Below, in pieces: positions 38,990-48,918 of a stretch of 64,000 bases of DNA (position 1 is the stretch's first letter; each line of letters starts with the position of its first letter). Position numbers and translations under genes: made by a program. The notes beneath the pieces are model-generated. The model saw only the letters and a list, made by a program, of their open reading frames with translations. It was not told the origin of the DNA and made no database searches. The DNA comes from an uncultured Planctomycetota bacterium (GTDB taxonomy: Bacteria; Planctomycetota; B143-G9), in the NCBI GenBank assembly GCA_964571525.1, contig CAZNBY010000003.1, positions 40,308 to 104,307 on the forward strand, read 5' to 3'.

Positions 38990-41900
38990 CTAAAGTCCTT
39001 GTAAAAGGAGAAGTAAGGCGTCTTTCAGCATCTCGAACTGCTTTTCGAGTTGGGGCATCAACCTTTGAATGGCATCAATATCGTTATTATTGTTCGCTTC
39101 CTCAATCTTATGTGCAGTGCTTTGCACGGAATCACCGCCCATATTCGCGCTCGATCCCTTTATCAGGTGGGCGGCCCGTCCGATTTTATCTTTGTCTCTA
39201 AGGTTAACTGCGTTCTTCAAAGAGTCAAGCTGGTTAGGAAAATCATCGAGGTATATAGTCACTATCTCACGCGCAAGCTTTTCGTCGTTCATCATACGGC
39301 GCAGGAATCCTGCTCTGTCGAATACAATTCTGCTGCTTGCCTTCGAAAACGCGTCCTCGCGCGGTTGTGGAAGTGAACCTAAATCAATCTTACTGGCTTC
39401 GGGCATCCATTTCTCAAGGGCTTTGCCAAGAGCTTCAGGAACGATCGGTTTCGCGACATAGTCGTTCATTCCCGAGGCGATACACCTTTCGCGATCGCCT
39501 GATAACGCATGTGCTGTCATCGCAATAATCGGTATATGGCTGTTAAGCACGACTGACATTGGACAGCGTATTGCCCGAGTCGTCTCGAATCCATCCATCT
39601 CTGGCATGGAAACATCCATAAGCACAAGGTCATACGGGATGTTTTCAAGCGCTTTTAGAACCTCATTTCCATTTGCGACCGCGTCAACATGCAAGCCAAA
39701 TTTAGACAATATTCCGATTGCAACTTGCTGGTTGGCAATGTTATCCTCGGCAAGCAGAACCCTCCCAGAAAATCTCGCACGATAACCCTTTAATCTTCGT
39801 TCGGTGCTTTGCTTCACAAATTCCTTTTCGCTGACTGACAGGCAAGAAGCCAGCGCATCGAACAGGTCAGATTGCCTTACCGGCTTTGTGAGATAGGCAT
39901 TAAAACCAATATCAGCAAACCGCTTTGCGTCGCCGCTTAAAACCATTGAGGTCATCATGACCAATCTCAGATTCTTCAATTTGCTGTCGCTTCGTATTGC
40001 CTTACCTAAAGCCTCACCATCCATTCCCGGCATAAGCATGTCAAGCACTGCGATGTCGAAAGGTTCGTCCGAATCCAAAGCGTTATAAAGCAAATGCAGA
40101 GCCTCAGGTGCGTCGGATGCATCAGTCGTCTTCATTCCCCATGACTTAAGTCTAACCATAAGAATTTCCCTGTTCGTTGCATTGTCGTCAACGACCAGTA
40201 CTTTCGCGCCGCGAATGTCTGCTACTGGACGCTCTTCAGCGACCTTTACGCCCGATAGTTTAAGTGATACCTTTGCAGTGAACCAGAACTCCGATCCTTT
40301 TCCAAGCAGACTATTAACCCCAATTCGCCCACCCATCATCTCGGCAAGCTGCTTTGAAATTGCCAATCCTAAGCCCGTACCGCCGTATTTTCTTGTTGTT
40401 GAAGCATCAACCTGCATGAAGCTGTCAAACAGCAAGTGTTGTTTGTCGTCTGGTATTCCGATACCCGTATCGCGCACAGAGAATCGTATCATAGCAGAGC
40501 TGTTGTGCTTTGATTCTATCGAAGCTCGAACAACAACCTCGCCCTCATGTGTGAACTTGATTGCGTTACCAACAAGGTTTGTAATGACTTGACGCAATCT
40601 GCCCGGGTCTCCGTTTACAAAGACGGGCAAATCGGGGTCTGGGGCAAAAATAAGCTCAAGACCTTTTTCATGCGCCTTTACCGCATGAACTACAGACAGT
40701 TCCTCAAGCATGTTATGAATGTCGAAGTCCACTTCTTCAAGCTCAAGCTTGCCAGCCTCGATTTTAGAGAAGTCGAGTATGTCATTTATAATCGAAAGAA
40801 GCGATTCTCCACTTGATCGGACGATCTCGGCATATCTTCTTTGCTCTGAAGATAGGGCCGTATCCAACAGCAATCCGGTCATTCCTATTACACCGTTCAT
40901 AGGCGTGCGTATTTCGTGGCTCATATTGGCCAGGAACTCGCTCTTTGCCTTGTTTGCTGCCTCTGCCTCGGCTTTTAATGCTTCGGCTCTTCTTGTGGCA
41001 GCCTCAAGATCCTTCAATGTCTGCCTCAATTTTTCCTCAGCCCGTTTCCGCTCGGTGATATCTTCGAACACAACACAGAACTTATCCATAGCTTCAATTG
41101 GGCGATACACATTGCAGTAGTAGAACTTGTTTGTTGGTTTATGAAAACGCTCAAAGCTTCTTGGTTCGCCTGTTTTGACGGTATGGCTGTATTCCTGCAC
41201 CCACTCTTGCTCAGTATCAGGCCAGACTTCATGCACTGTTTTACCTTTCACCTGTTCGAAGGTAACTCCAGTGGTTCGTTCATAGGCTTCGTTGACCATT
41301 TCGAATCTGTAGCTGACAAAATTACGATTTTCATCATACACCGATTCGAACAGAACGAAGGCATTTGTCATCTGCATAAGGAGTTGCTTAAGCTCCCTTT
41401 CGCTCTTCTGAAGCGCCTGCTCAGCGAGCTTACGCTCTGTTATATCGGTGTGTGAACCCGCCATTCTGTATGGTCTTTCGTATTCATCACGAAGAGCTTC
41501 TCCCCTTGCCAGTACCCATATATACTTGCCTGATTTGTGACGGAAGCGGAATTCGGCACTATAATACTGGGTCTTTTTTTCGAAGTAATCGCGAACATTA
41601 TTCATAACTGATTCGATGTCGTCAGGATGAATCCTGCTCTCGAATTCAGAATACTCATTCTGCAATTCATCATCTGCATAGCCGATCATCTGCTTCCATT
41701 TTGTTGAGAAGAAGATGTCATTGTTAAGCAGATTCCAATCCCATATTCCGTCGTTGCTGCCATTGACTGCCAACATGTATTGCATGCGGCTTTCACTCAA
41801 CTCTTTCTCAGCCTTCTTTCGCTCGGATATATCTCGCAATATGCCGACTGCATGCCATTTTCCTTTAATCAGCACAGAGGAAAGCGCGATTTCGACCGCG

Positions 41901-44800
41901 AATTCATCTCCATTCTTATTAAGCGCGGTCAGCTCTGTTAGTTTGCCGATAGCACTACCTTTACCGGTGATCTGAAAATCCTTAAAGGCAACAGAATAAT
42001 CCTTGCGATATTGTTCTGGCGCAAGAAAATCATGAAGCACTCTGCCCATTACTTCAGATGGGGTATAGCCAAATATGCGAGTTGCCGCTTCATTCCACAT
42101 CGTGATTCGACCCTTGTTGTCAATCATAATGATTGCATCCTGAGCGGCTTCCACGATCTTGTTCAGTCGCGCTTCGCTGTCGCGAAGCTCTGCTTGAGCG
42201 TTGATGATACTTGAGATATCAAGATCTGAGCCGATGTACCCAATTGCCTTACCCTTACTATCGTATTTCGGAACACCGTTTGTCAGCATCGTGACAATCC
42301 TGCCATCTTTGGAAACAATTCGGTTTTCGAAGTTACGAAGCACTTCGCATTTGGCGAAAAATTCAAGCCCAGCCTTCTTTAAGTACACTTGCTCTTCCTC
42401 GGAAGCAAGATCAAAAAAGTGCTTGTGCCCGACAATTTCATCTGTGCTGTACCCCAATATCTGTTCGCACGCTGCACTGATATATGTGAAAAGTCCGTTC
42501 ATATCAACTTCCCAAATAATCTCGCGGCTCTGTTCAGATATCTGCTTGAATCGCTCGTTGCTTTCAAAAAGCTCGCGCTTTGCCCGGTGTTCCTCTGTTA
42601 CATCTCGGAACACAAGAACCGCACCAACGACTTTGCCGAATATGTTTCTGATAGGAGCACAGCTGTCTGCAATCAGCTTCTCTGTTCCGTTTTTTGATAT
42701 AAGGGCTGTGGAGTTTGCAAGGCCAATAATCTCGCCACTTTCGATCGCCTTTCGGACAGGTATATCCGCGGGAGTGCGGTCGGTCGAATGGATTATGTTG
42801 AATATCTGTTCGATTGGCTTGCCTCTTGCTTCAGTCGTTCGCCAACCTGTCAGTTCCTCTGCGACATTGTTAAGACTTGTAACATTGCCTTGTTCGTTTG
42901 TTGTAATAACTCCGTCGCCAATTGACCGTAATGTTGCCGACAGCAGTTCCTCATTTTCTCTTAGGCTTGCGGTTCGTTCTGCGACAAGTCGTTCTAATAC
43001 TGCGCGTCGGTGAGCTATGCTTAAAACAAACGCAGTAAGCAATAGTGTCAATATAATGCCAGCTCCTCCTGCAAGCATCGCGGTCCGTGATGGATGTGCT
43101 CTTAGCCATTCTTTAGTCGGCATTGCGGTTAGGGCGTATGTCTTTCCAAAAACAAGTATCGGTATAATGGTCGAAAACTCATTGTAGCTCGAGTGCGAAA
43201 TGCCAATTGCTTTCACTTTATCGCTGCGATCGAATGGAAATGAAGCAATGTGCCTTGGGGGTGATTCTGGGGATAGTTGAAAAAGCTCCAGTTTAACATC
43301 ATCGCGTTCGTCTCCCATCAAACGCATTGAAAGCTGAAGGGCTGTGTCAAGTGGAAGAGATGTCACAACAAATCCGCGAAGCCCGTTTTCATTCTTCCCC
43401 TTGTCGAAAACCGGACGGAAGACGACGATACCTCTTTGCGATCCATCTCCGCGACTTAGAATCAATGGTTCTGTTGCGGTAGCCATGCCTGTTCTAAGCG
43501 CTTCATTTATTGCATTCCGACGAAGAACATCGAATCCAAGGTCTATCCCGAATATCGAGTCATTCAACTCGGCTGGTTCCGCATATACAAGAGGGTAGTA
43601 AGTATCCCTTCCGGAAACTGGCTCTCTATTTCCTTCCTTGTCTCGCTGCCAAACATCGAAGTTCTGCAAACCATCTTTGCGCGCTTGTTCAATAACATCC
43701 GGAAGCATCTCTGGCTTGACTGCTGGTGCCCAACCCCATGTTCGCGCGACACCGTCTGTGGTGAAAGGCTCTGCAAATGCTTGAAACTCGCTCCTGTTCA
43801 CCTCTTCGCTGCTTTCAAAGAACCTGCCGATGCTCTCGAGCCTTGCGCGAAGCTCGAACAAAGATTTGCTAAATCCTTCAGCTTGTGCGCGAGAAAGTGC
43901 GTGAAATGAGTCTCTGCGAGAATCCCCTTCGATTTCGAATATCAATGACGAACCAGAGAAGGTTATTACAAGTCCGACAGCCAAACAGAAAACTGCATCG
44001 AAGTGGCGAAGATGCCATCGGCTCGATTCTTTCATAAAACCGCGGAAAAAGAACACAGCTCCGCCGATCAGCACAAGAAGTATCATCGTTAGTGTGTAGG
44101 GGACAGGGGCGATTTTTGCAGCCGCGAGCTTCTGAATCAGCTCATCGGCAAGCTTGTCAACGCCAATCACCATCAGTATCTCGCCTGTCTTGTAATCTCG
44201 AACTGGAGCGTAGGCTGTAATAAATGAACCGAATTCGTCGGTATATGGCTTCTTAGAAACTATCAGTTCACCTTTTTCCAAGGCAGTGATTGCCTCTTGC
44301 GGAGGCTCTTCATATTCCGTTCCAGGTGGTGATGCAAAGGGGTGCCCCTCAACATAGCTTTCTGGGCCGAACAGAATCTTACCCTGCCGCATCCTCATGG
44401 TGAATATCCCGTATATCGGAGTGGATTCTGCATACGAAATTAACTGCGAAGATAGTCTATTAAAGGCAGGATTGTCAATGTCATCCAATGTGAAAGAGAG
44501 CGACTTGACCCTTTGTATATTCACTGATTTAGCGAGAGCGGATGCGTGCGAAAGAAGGTCGTTTTTAATCTGTTGCTCAATTCGATTGCACGACCAGCGC
44601 GATGCGAGAACTCCGAGCAGTACTGTGACGGCTAAGGCGATTGACATCAATGTTAGATGAACAACAAGCCTGCGTCTTGGATGCGACTCTCCCATCAGCT
44701 TTTCCCACCTGTTTGTGTGCCACAGTATTATACATCCTTTAGAAAAGAATGGCATACCAGCGAGGCAAGAATGCAGACTGATTGTGGTCTGCTGCATCAT
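38990..44800 (-). CDS. Hybrid sensor histidine kinase: periplasmic sensor, multiple PAS, HisKA-HATPase, two REC domains and a C-terminal HPt (1936 aa)
   Basis: Two TM segments flank a periplasmic domain of about 250 aa. PAS repeats follow. H-box is SHEIRTPMNGVIGMTGLL. HATPase motifs are present. The two receiver domains read VLVVDDNATNR...DMLMPGMDG and VLLAEDNIANQ...MDVSMPEMDG. The terminal HPt motif is HLIKGSSANMGGD. The true start may be an internal Met. Confidence 0.85.
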   Translation of the reverse strand: MMQQTTISLHSCLAGMPFFSKGCIILWHTNRWEKLMGESHPRRRLVVHLTLMSIALAVTVLLGVLASRWSCNRIEQQIKNDLLSHASALAKSVNIQRVKSLSFTLDDIDNPAFNRLSSQLISYAESTPIYGIFTMRMRQGKILFGPESYVEGHPFASPPGTEYEEPPQEAITALEKGELIVSKKPYTDEFGSFITAYAPVRDYKTGEILMVIGVDKLADELIQKLAAAKIAPVPYTLTMILLVLIGGAVFFFRGFMKESSRWHLRHFDAVFCLAVGLVITFSGSSLIFEIEGDSRRDSFHALSRAQAEGFSKSLFELRARLESIGRFFESSEEVNRSEFQAFAEPFTTDGVARTWGWAPAVKPEMLPDVIEQARKDGLQNFDVWQRDKEGNREPVSGRDTYYPLVYAEPAELNDSIFGIDLGFDVLRRNAINEALRTGMATATEPLILSRGDGSQRGIVVFRPVFDKGKNENGLRGFVVTSLPLDTALQLSMRLMGDERDDVKLELFQLSPESPPRHIASFPFDRSDKVKAIGISHSSYNEFSTIIPILVFGKTYALTAMPTKEWLRAHPSRTAMLAGGAGIILTLLLTAFVLSIAHRRAVLERLVAERTASLRENEELLSATLRSIGDGVITTNEQGNVTSLNNVAEELTGWRTTEARGKPIEQIFNIIHSTDRTPADIPVRKAIESGEIIGLANSTALISKNGTEKLIADSCAPIRNIFGKVVGAVLVFRDVTEEHRAKRELFESNERFKQISEQSREIIWEVDMNGLFTYISAACEQILGYSTDEIVGHKHFFDLASEEEQVYLKKAGLEFFAKCEVLRNFENRIVSKDGRIVTMLTNGVPKYDSKGKAIGYIGSDLDISSIINAQAELRDSEARLNKIVEAAQDAIIMIDNKGRITMWNEAATRIFGYTPSEVMGRVLHDFLAPEQYRKDYSVAFKDFQITGKGSAIGKLTELTALNKNGDEFAVEIALSSVLIKGKWHAVGILRDISERKKAEKELSESRMQYMLAVNGSNDGIWDWNLLNNDIFFSTKWKQMIGYADDELQNEYSEFESRIHPDDIESVMNNVRDYFEKKTQYYSAEFRFRHKSGKYIWVLARGEALRDEYERPYRMAGSHTDITERKLAEQALQKSERELKQLLMQMTNAFVLFESVYDENRNFVSYRFEMVNEAYERTTGVTFEQVKGKTVHEVWPDTEQEWVQEYSHTVKTGEPRSFERFHKPTNKFYYCNVYRPIEAMDKFCVVFEDITERKRAEEKLRQTLKDLEAATRRAEALKAEAEAANKAKSEFLANMSHEIRTPMNGVIGMTGLLLDTALSSEQRRYAEIVRSSGESLLSIINDILDFSKIEAGKLELEEVDFDIHNMLEELSVVHAVKAHEKGLELIFAPDPDLPVFVNGDPGRLRQVITNLVGNAIKFTHEGEVVVRASIESKHNSSAMIRFSVRDTGIGIPDDKQHLLFDSFMQVDASTTRKYGGTGLGLAISKQLAEMMGGRIGVNSLLGKGSEFWFTAKVSLKLSGVKVAEERPVADIRGAKVLVVDDNATNREILMVRLKSWGMKTTDASDAPEALHLLYNALDSDEPFDIAVLDMLMPGMDGEALGKAIRSDSKLKNLRLVMMTSMVLSGDAKRFADIGFNAYLTKPVRQSDLFDALASCLSVSEKEFVKQSTERRLKGYRARFSGRVLLAEDNIANQQVAIGILSKFGLHVDAVANGNEVLKALENIPYDLVLMDVSMPEMDGFETTRAIRCPMSVVLNSHIPIIAMTAHALSGDRERCIASGMNDYVAKPIVPEALGKALEKWMPEASKIDLGSLPQPREDAFSKASSRIVFDRAGFLRRMMNDEKLAREIVTIYLDDFPNQLDSLKNAVNLRDKDKIGRAAHLIKGSSANMGGDSVQSTAHKIEEANNNNDIDAIQRLMPQLEKQFEMLKDALLLLLQGL

Positions 44801-44873
44801 CGAGATAATTGCTGTAACTTTTCCGGTGCCTTTCCGTCATTACTAATAAGTAACGAACTCCATAGGAGGCATT

Positions 44874-46148
44874 ATGAGACGGTATCCTGTTTCTGTGTTA
44901 TTGCTGCTGACAATAGTGCTGCTGCTGATTGCATCGGCATCATCTACTGTGTCGGCACGAATTAAGTTGGCCACATTGCCTGTTCGTGAACGGGTCGAGA
45001 TCCAACTCGACAACGACAATACAACCCTTGTTGAAGAGGAGCGTATTGTCCCGCTGTTAAAGTGGTCTGCCCAGACAGGCAACAACTTCATTGACTTCAG
45101 TTGGTCGAACACAAGCATTGACAAGTCGTCCATTCTGTTTCGTCCCATCGCGATACGCAATGGCGAGCAGTTTGACGCGATCAAGAAGGTCAAGCTCGAC
45201 CCATTTGGTGAGGTTGAGGAAGTATCGGTTATCAATGTCGCCTTCCCCCCTAACGAAAACGCCCTTGTGTGGGAGGTTTTCGCGGCACGCGCGTGCGCCG
45301 TTAAGGTGCGCGTAAGCTATCTTATATCGAACCTGAGCCGTTCATTCAGCTATCGTGCGCTCGCCAATAAGGATGAAACTACACTAACGCTTTCGAAATA
45401 TCTGCAGATACGGAATTACTCAGGCGAAAGCTTCAGTGGGGCAGGGGTTTGGGCAGGATTTGGCACTGCATTCAACAAGGTAGTTGATAATTCTACGGAT
45501 ATCAAAGTGCTCATGCACAACTTCAAAGATGTGAAGATAAACAAGACCTTCACCTTCGACTGGTACACAAACGGCAGATTGAATGCAGATAAGCCCTTTG
45601 CATCGAAGATACTGATGCACTATAACCTTAAGAACACCACCGCTGGTGGTATGGGTCTATTCCCAATGCAGCCGGGAAAGGTTCGTATCTTTGTTGACGA
45701 TGGTCGCAATGGTGAAGCGTTTCTCGGCGAGGATATTGCTCTTCTTACCCCAATTGATGGCGAGATGGACCTTTACCTCGGAGAATCGCGCGATATCGTT
45801 TGCACAAGAACGATAGACAGCAATGTGCGTGAAGTGAAGCGCGGTAACCTTTTCAACCAGAACATTGTAATTAAGTATGAGATCGAGAACTTCCGCGACA
45901 AGCCCGCGACACTTCGCATACTCGAACAGGTTAACAGGCTCTGTGCAGAACTCGCTGGTGTTGGCAATCGCGACACTGAGTGGGAGAAAGGCTCACAGAC
46001 ATCATCAGAGCTTAAGATTGATATGGAAAAGGGGATCACGATGCCAATGCTGCTCGTTGACCTTCCTGCCGCACCTGCTGATAAGACCAAGAAGGTCGAA
46101 AAAGTAGTCGTCAAGTTCCACATAACCCTAAAGAACTGCTGGAATTGA
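44874..46148 (+). CDS. Secreted DUF4140/DUF4139-like protein, divergent paralog 1 of 4
   Basis: Signal peptide. The N-terminal block ATLPVRERVEIQLDNDNTTLVEEERIV...FIDFSWSNTSIDKSSILFRP resembles the start of the TIGR02231/DUF4140 family. It is collinear with the next three genes. Confidence 0.55.
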   Translation: MRRYPVSVLLLLTIVLLLIASASSTVSARIKLATLPVRERVEIQLDNDNTTLVEEERIVPLLKWSAQTGNNFIDFSWSNTSIDKSSILFRPIAIRNGEQFDAIKKVKLDPFGEVEEVSVINVAFPPNENALVWEVFAARACAVKVRVSYLISNLSRSFSYRALANKDETTLTLSKYLQIRNYSGESFSGAGVWAGFGTAFNKVVDNSTDIKVLMHNFKDVKINKTFTFDWYTNGRLNADKPFASKILMHYNLKNTTAGGMGLFPMQPGKVRIFVDDGRNGEAFLGEDIALLTPIDGEMDLYLGESRDIVCTRTIDSNVREVKRGNLFNQNIVIKYEIENFRDKPATLRILEQVNRLCAELAGVGNRDTEWEKGSQTSSELKIDMEKGITMPMLLVDLPAAPADKTKKVEKVVVKFHITLKNCWN

Positions 46149-46157
46149 GAGTGAGCC

Positions 46158-47546
46158 ATGAGAAGGAGTTCTATAGTTAAAATCGCGCTTGTGGTGCTTG
46201 CCATAATAACGGCAACTGCCGTTGTTGGACGGGCAGAGAACATTGATGTTGTTACTTTGCCTGTTCGTGAAGGTGTGCAGTTGACGATCTACAACAACGA
46301 GGACCTTACACTTGTGCGTGAGACGAGGAGTATTACCCTAAAGCGTGGTGCTAATCGTCTTCAGTTCTCTTGGACAAACACCTTGATTGACCCTTCGAGC
46401 GTCGAGTTCCGCACTGTTGACCATAAAGAAGATGTTACGCTTGTTGACACCCTCTTTTTGGGTTCGAAGCCGCAGCATCTTATCTGGAATATCGAATCAA
46501 AATACGAGGGGCAGGTTAAGGTCGAAGTTTGTTATTTCACAAGCGGAATATCTTGGGCTATGGACTACACCGCGATTGCAAACCCCGATGAGACCACGCT
46601 AAATCTGCGCGGTTATGTTTCTGTGACCAACAATTCGGGGGAGGACTACGAAAATGCAGACATTCGGTTGATCGTAGGGAACATTAACCTGATGGAGAAA
46701 ATCGCAGAGTTGGCTCGCCGTCAGGGATTGCAGATTCCCAGGGTGCTTCTGAATTACAACGATCTTAAGCTTAAGGCAACACGCGATGCTTTTGAACGCG
46801 CAAAATCCACGCCTCCACCGGGAACGAGTTTTCCCGCAAGATCAGGTCTGCCTGACGCTTCTGCTCAAAGACCAAAGGAGATAATCAAGGAAGGTGTGAG
46901 TGAGTATTTCATGTTCTCCATTGAAGGAAGCGAGACTGTTACTAACAGGTACACGAAGCGTATGCAAGCCGTGAAAGCTGATAGTGTCAGTTTCGACACC
47001 GTTTACCGCATGCGCAACCACCAGTACGGCCCGCGCCCAGTTCGCTTCTTCATATTCAGCAATGACACCGAGCACAAATTAGGCGATAGTCCGCTTCCAA
47101 ACGGGATGATTCGTACATTCCGAGATAACGGTCGTGACGGCCTTGCCTTTTTAGGTGCGGAGTACCTTGAATATGTCCCCGTTCGCTCGAAAATCGAGCT
47201 TAATCTGGGTGCCGACGACCTTGTTGTGTTTGAGTCGCTTGTGTCTGATTTGAAAAGGTCTGATTTCGGGCATGACATATACGATTCTGTTGTGTCGTGG
47301 GATGAACTGACAACATGGATTTCGATGGTCAAAAACTACCGCTCAAAGCCCATCACATTTGAACTTCGACAGCAATGGAGCGGTGACACTGAATATAAGT
47401 CAGACCTGTCTGCGTCCCTTTTCGATTACATGACGGTCGAGACCATCTTTACCGTCGAGTCACGCGATGTAAAAAAACTCCACTCCTATGTTCTGCAGCA
47501 CCTTGGAAAGGCTTCCAAGCAGAACAGAGTGTTGCTAACGAAGTGA
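46158..47546 (+). CDS. Secreted DUF4140/DUF4139-like protein, paralog 2
   Basis: VVTLPVREGVQLTIYNNEDLTLVRETRSITLKRGANRLQFSWTNTLIDPSSVEFR. About 60-70% identical to paralogs 3 and 4 along its full length. Confidence 0.6.
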   Translation: MRRSSIVKIALVVLAIITATAVVGRAENIDVVTLPVREGVQLTIYNNEDLTLVRETRSITLKRGANRLQFSWTNTLIDPSSVEFRTVDHKEDVTLVDTLFLGSKPQHLIWNIESKYEGQVKVEVCYFTSGISWAMDYTAIANPDETTLNLRGYVSVTNNSGEDYENADIRLIVGNINLMEKIAELARRQGLQIPRVLLNYNDLKLKATRDAFERAKSTPPPGTSFPARSGLPDASAQRPKEIIKEGVSEYFMFSIEGSETVTNRYTKRMQAVKADSVSFDTVYRMRNHQYGPRPVRFFIFSNDTEHKLGDSPLPNGMIRTFRDNGRDGLAFLGAEYLEYVPVRSKIELNLGADDLVVFESLVSDLKRSDFGHDIYDSVVSWDELTTWISMVKNYRSKPITFELRQQWSGDTEYKSDLSASLFDYMTVETIFTVESRDVKKLHSYVLQHLGKASKQNRVLLTK

Positions 47547-47553
47547 GGTAATT

Positions 47554-48912
47554 ATGAAAAAGAAACTGCCTCTGCTGTTATTGCTTTCGGCGATTCTTAT
47601 GCAGATAAGTTATATCGCCGTCGCAGAGAACATTGACCTTGTAACCCTCCCCACGCGGGACGGCGTCCAACTCACTATCTACAACTCTGAAGATCTTACT
47701 CTTGTCCGCGAGACGCGAAGTATCACCCTTAAAAAGGGTGAAAACCGCCTTCAGTTCTCGTGGGCAAATACCCTAATTGACCCCACAAGCGTTGATTTCC
47801 GTCCGGTCGAGCATAAGGAGGATATCACCCTTGTTGATGCGGTCTTCCCCGGCCAGAAGCCCCAACACCTTATCTGGAATATAGACTCTAAATACGAAGG
47901 GCAGGTCAAGGTCGAGGTGAGCTACTTCACAAGTGGTCTTTCGTGGGCAATGGATTACACAGCTATTGCCAATCCCGAAGAGACAAATCTAAAACTCAAA
48001 GGCTATGTCTCGGTGCTTAACCGTTCTGGCGAGGAGTATGAGAATGCCGAGATTCGCCTTATTGTCGGCAATGTGAACCTTGTTGAAAAGATCGCTGAGC
48101 TTGCAAAACGCAAAGGCATTGAGCCTCCCGCTGCTGGCAGAGACTACGATCGTATTAAGAAAGAGGCCGCCCGTGAGATGTTCGACAAGGCCACCCCTCG
48201 AACCGCTGCTGCTCCGGGTGCACCCGCTAAGGCTCCTGAAATCGTTAAAGAGGGCTTAAGCGAGTACTTCATGTTCACAATCGAGGGTTTGCAGACCGTA
48301 CCAAACTTATGGGTAAAGCGAATTCAGGCTGTTAACGCTGATTCTGTGAAATTCGACATAGTCTATCGTATGCGTGACTTTCAGTATGGTCCTCGGCCAG
48401 TTCGTTTTTACATATTTGAAAACGACACCGAACGCGGTCTTGGTGATAGCCCTCTGCCTGATGGGATGCTCCGAGTCTTTCGCGATAACGGTCGCGATGG
48501 TCTTGCTTTCTACGCTTCTCAGAGCCTTAACTATGTGCCGATTCGAGCTAAGATCGAGGCTAACCTTGGCACAGACGATCTTGTTGTCTTTGAGATTATC
48601 AAGTCAGGTCTCGAACGCAAAGAGTTTAGCTTTGCGATGAGCGGGATGCGGGAATATGTGAATGGATGGGATGAGCACGGAGTCTGGTCGGGCACTGTGC
48701 GCAATTATCGCGCTAAGCCGATCAAGTTCGAGCTTCGTCAGATATGGGACGGCGATGTGGAATACAGCGCCGATATGCCATCCACATTGTTCGATTACCG
48801 CACTGTCGAAACAATCTTCACGGTCGAACCCCGCTCGAAAAAGACCCTGCTTTCTAAGACTTTGATACATATGGGGAACAACTCCAAGCAGTCGCGCATA
48901 CTCCTTAAGTGA
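47554..48912 (+). CDS. Secreted DUF4140/DUF4139-like protein, paralog 3
   Basis: LVTLPTRDGVQLTIYNSEDLTLVRETRSITLKKGENRLQFSWANTLIDPTSVDFR. Spacing to the neighbouring genes is 7 bp. Confidence 0.6.
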   Translation: MKKKLPLLLLLSAILMQISYIAVAENIDLVTLPTRDGVQLTIYNSEDLTLVRETRSITLKKGENRLQFSWANTLIDPTSVDFRPVEHKEDITLVDAVFPGQKPQHLIWNIDSKYEGQVKVEVSYFTSGLSWAMDYTAIANPEETNLKLKGYVSVLNRSGEEYENAEIRLIVGNVNLVEKIAELAKRKGIEPPAAGRDYDRIKKEAAREMFDKATPRTAAAPGAPAKAPEIVKEGLSEYFMFTIEGLQTVPNLWVKRIQAVNADSVKFDIVYRMRDFQYGPRPVRFYIFENDTERGLGDSPLPDGMLRVFRDNGRDGLAFYASQSLNYVPIRAKIEANLGTDDLVVFEIIKSGLERKEFSFAMSGMREYVNGWDEHGVWSGTVRNYRAKPIKFELRQIWDGDVEYSADMPSTLFDYRTVETIFTVEPRSKKTLLSKTLIHMGNNSKQSRILLK

Positions 48913-48918
48913 GGCTTT

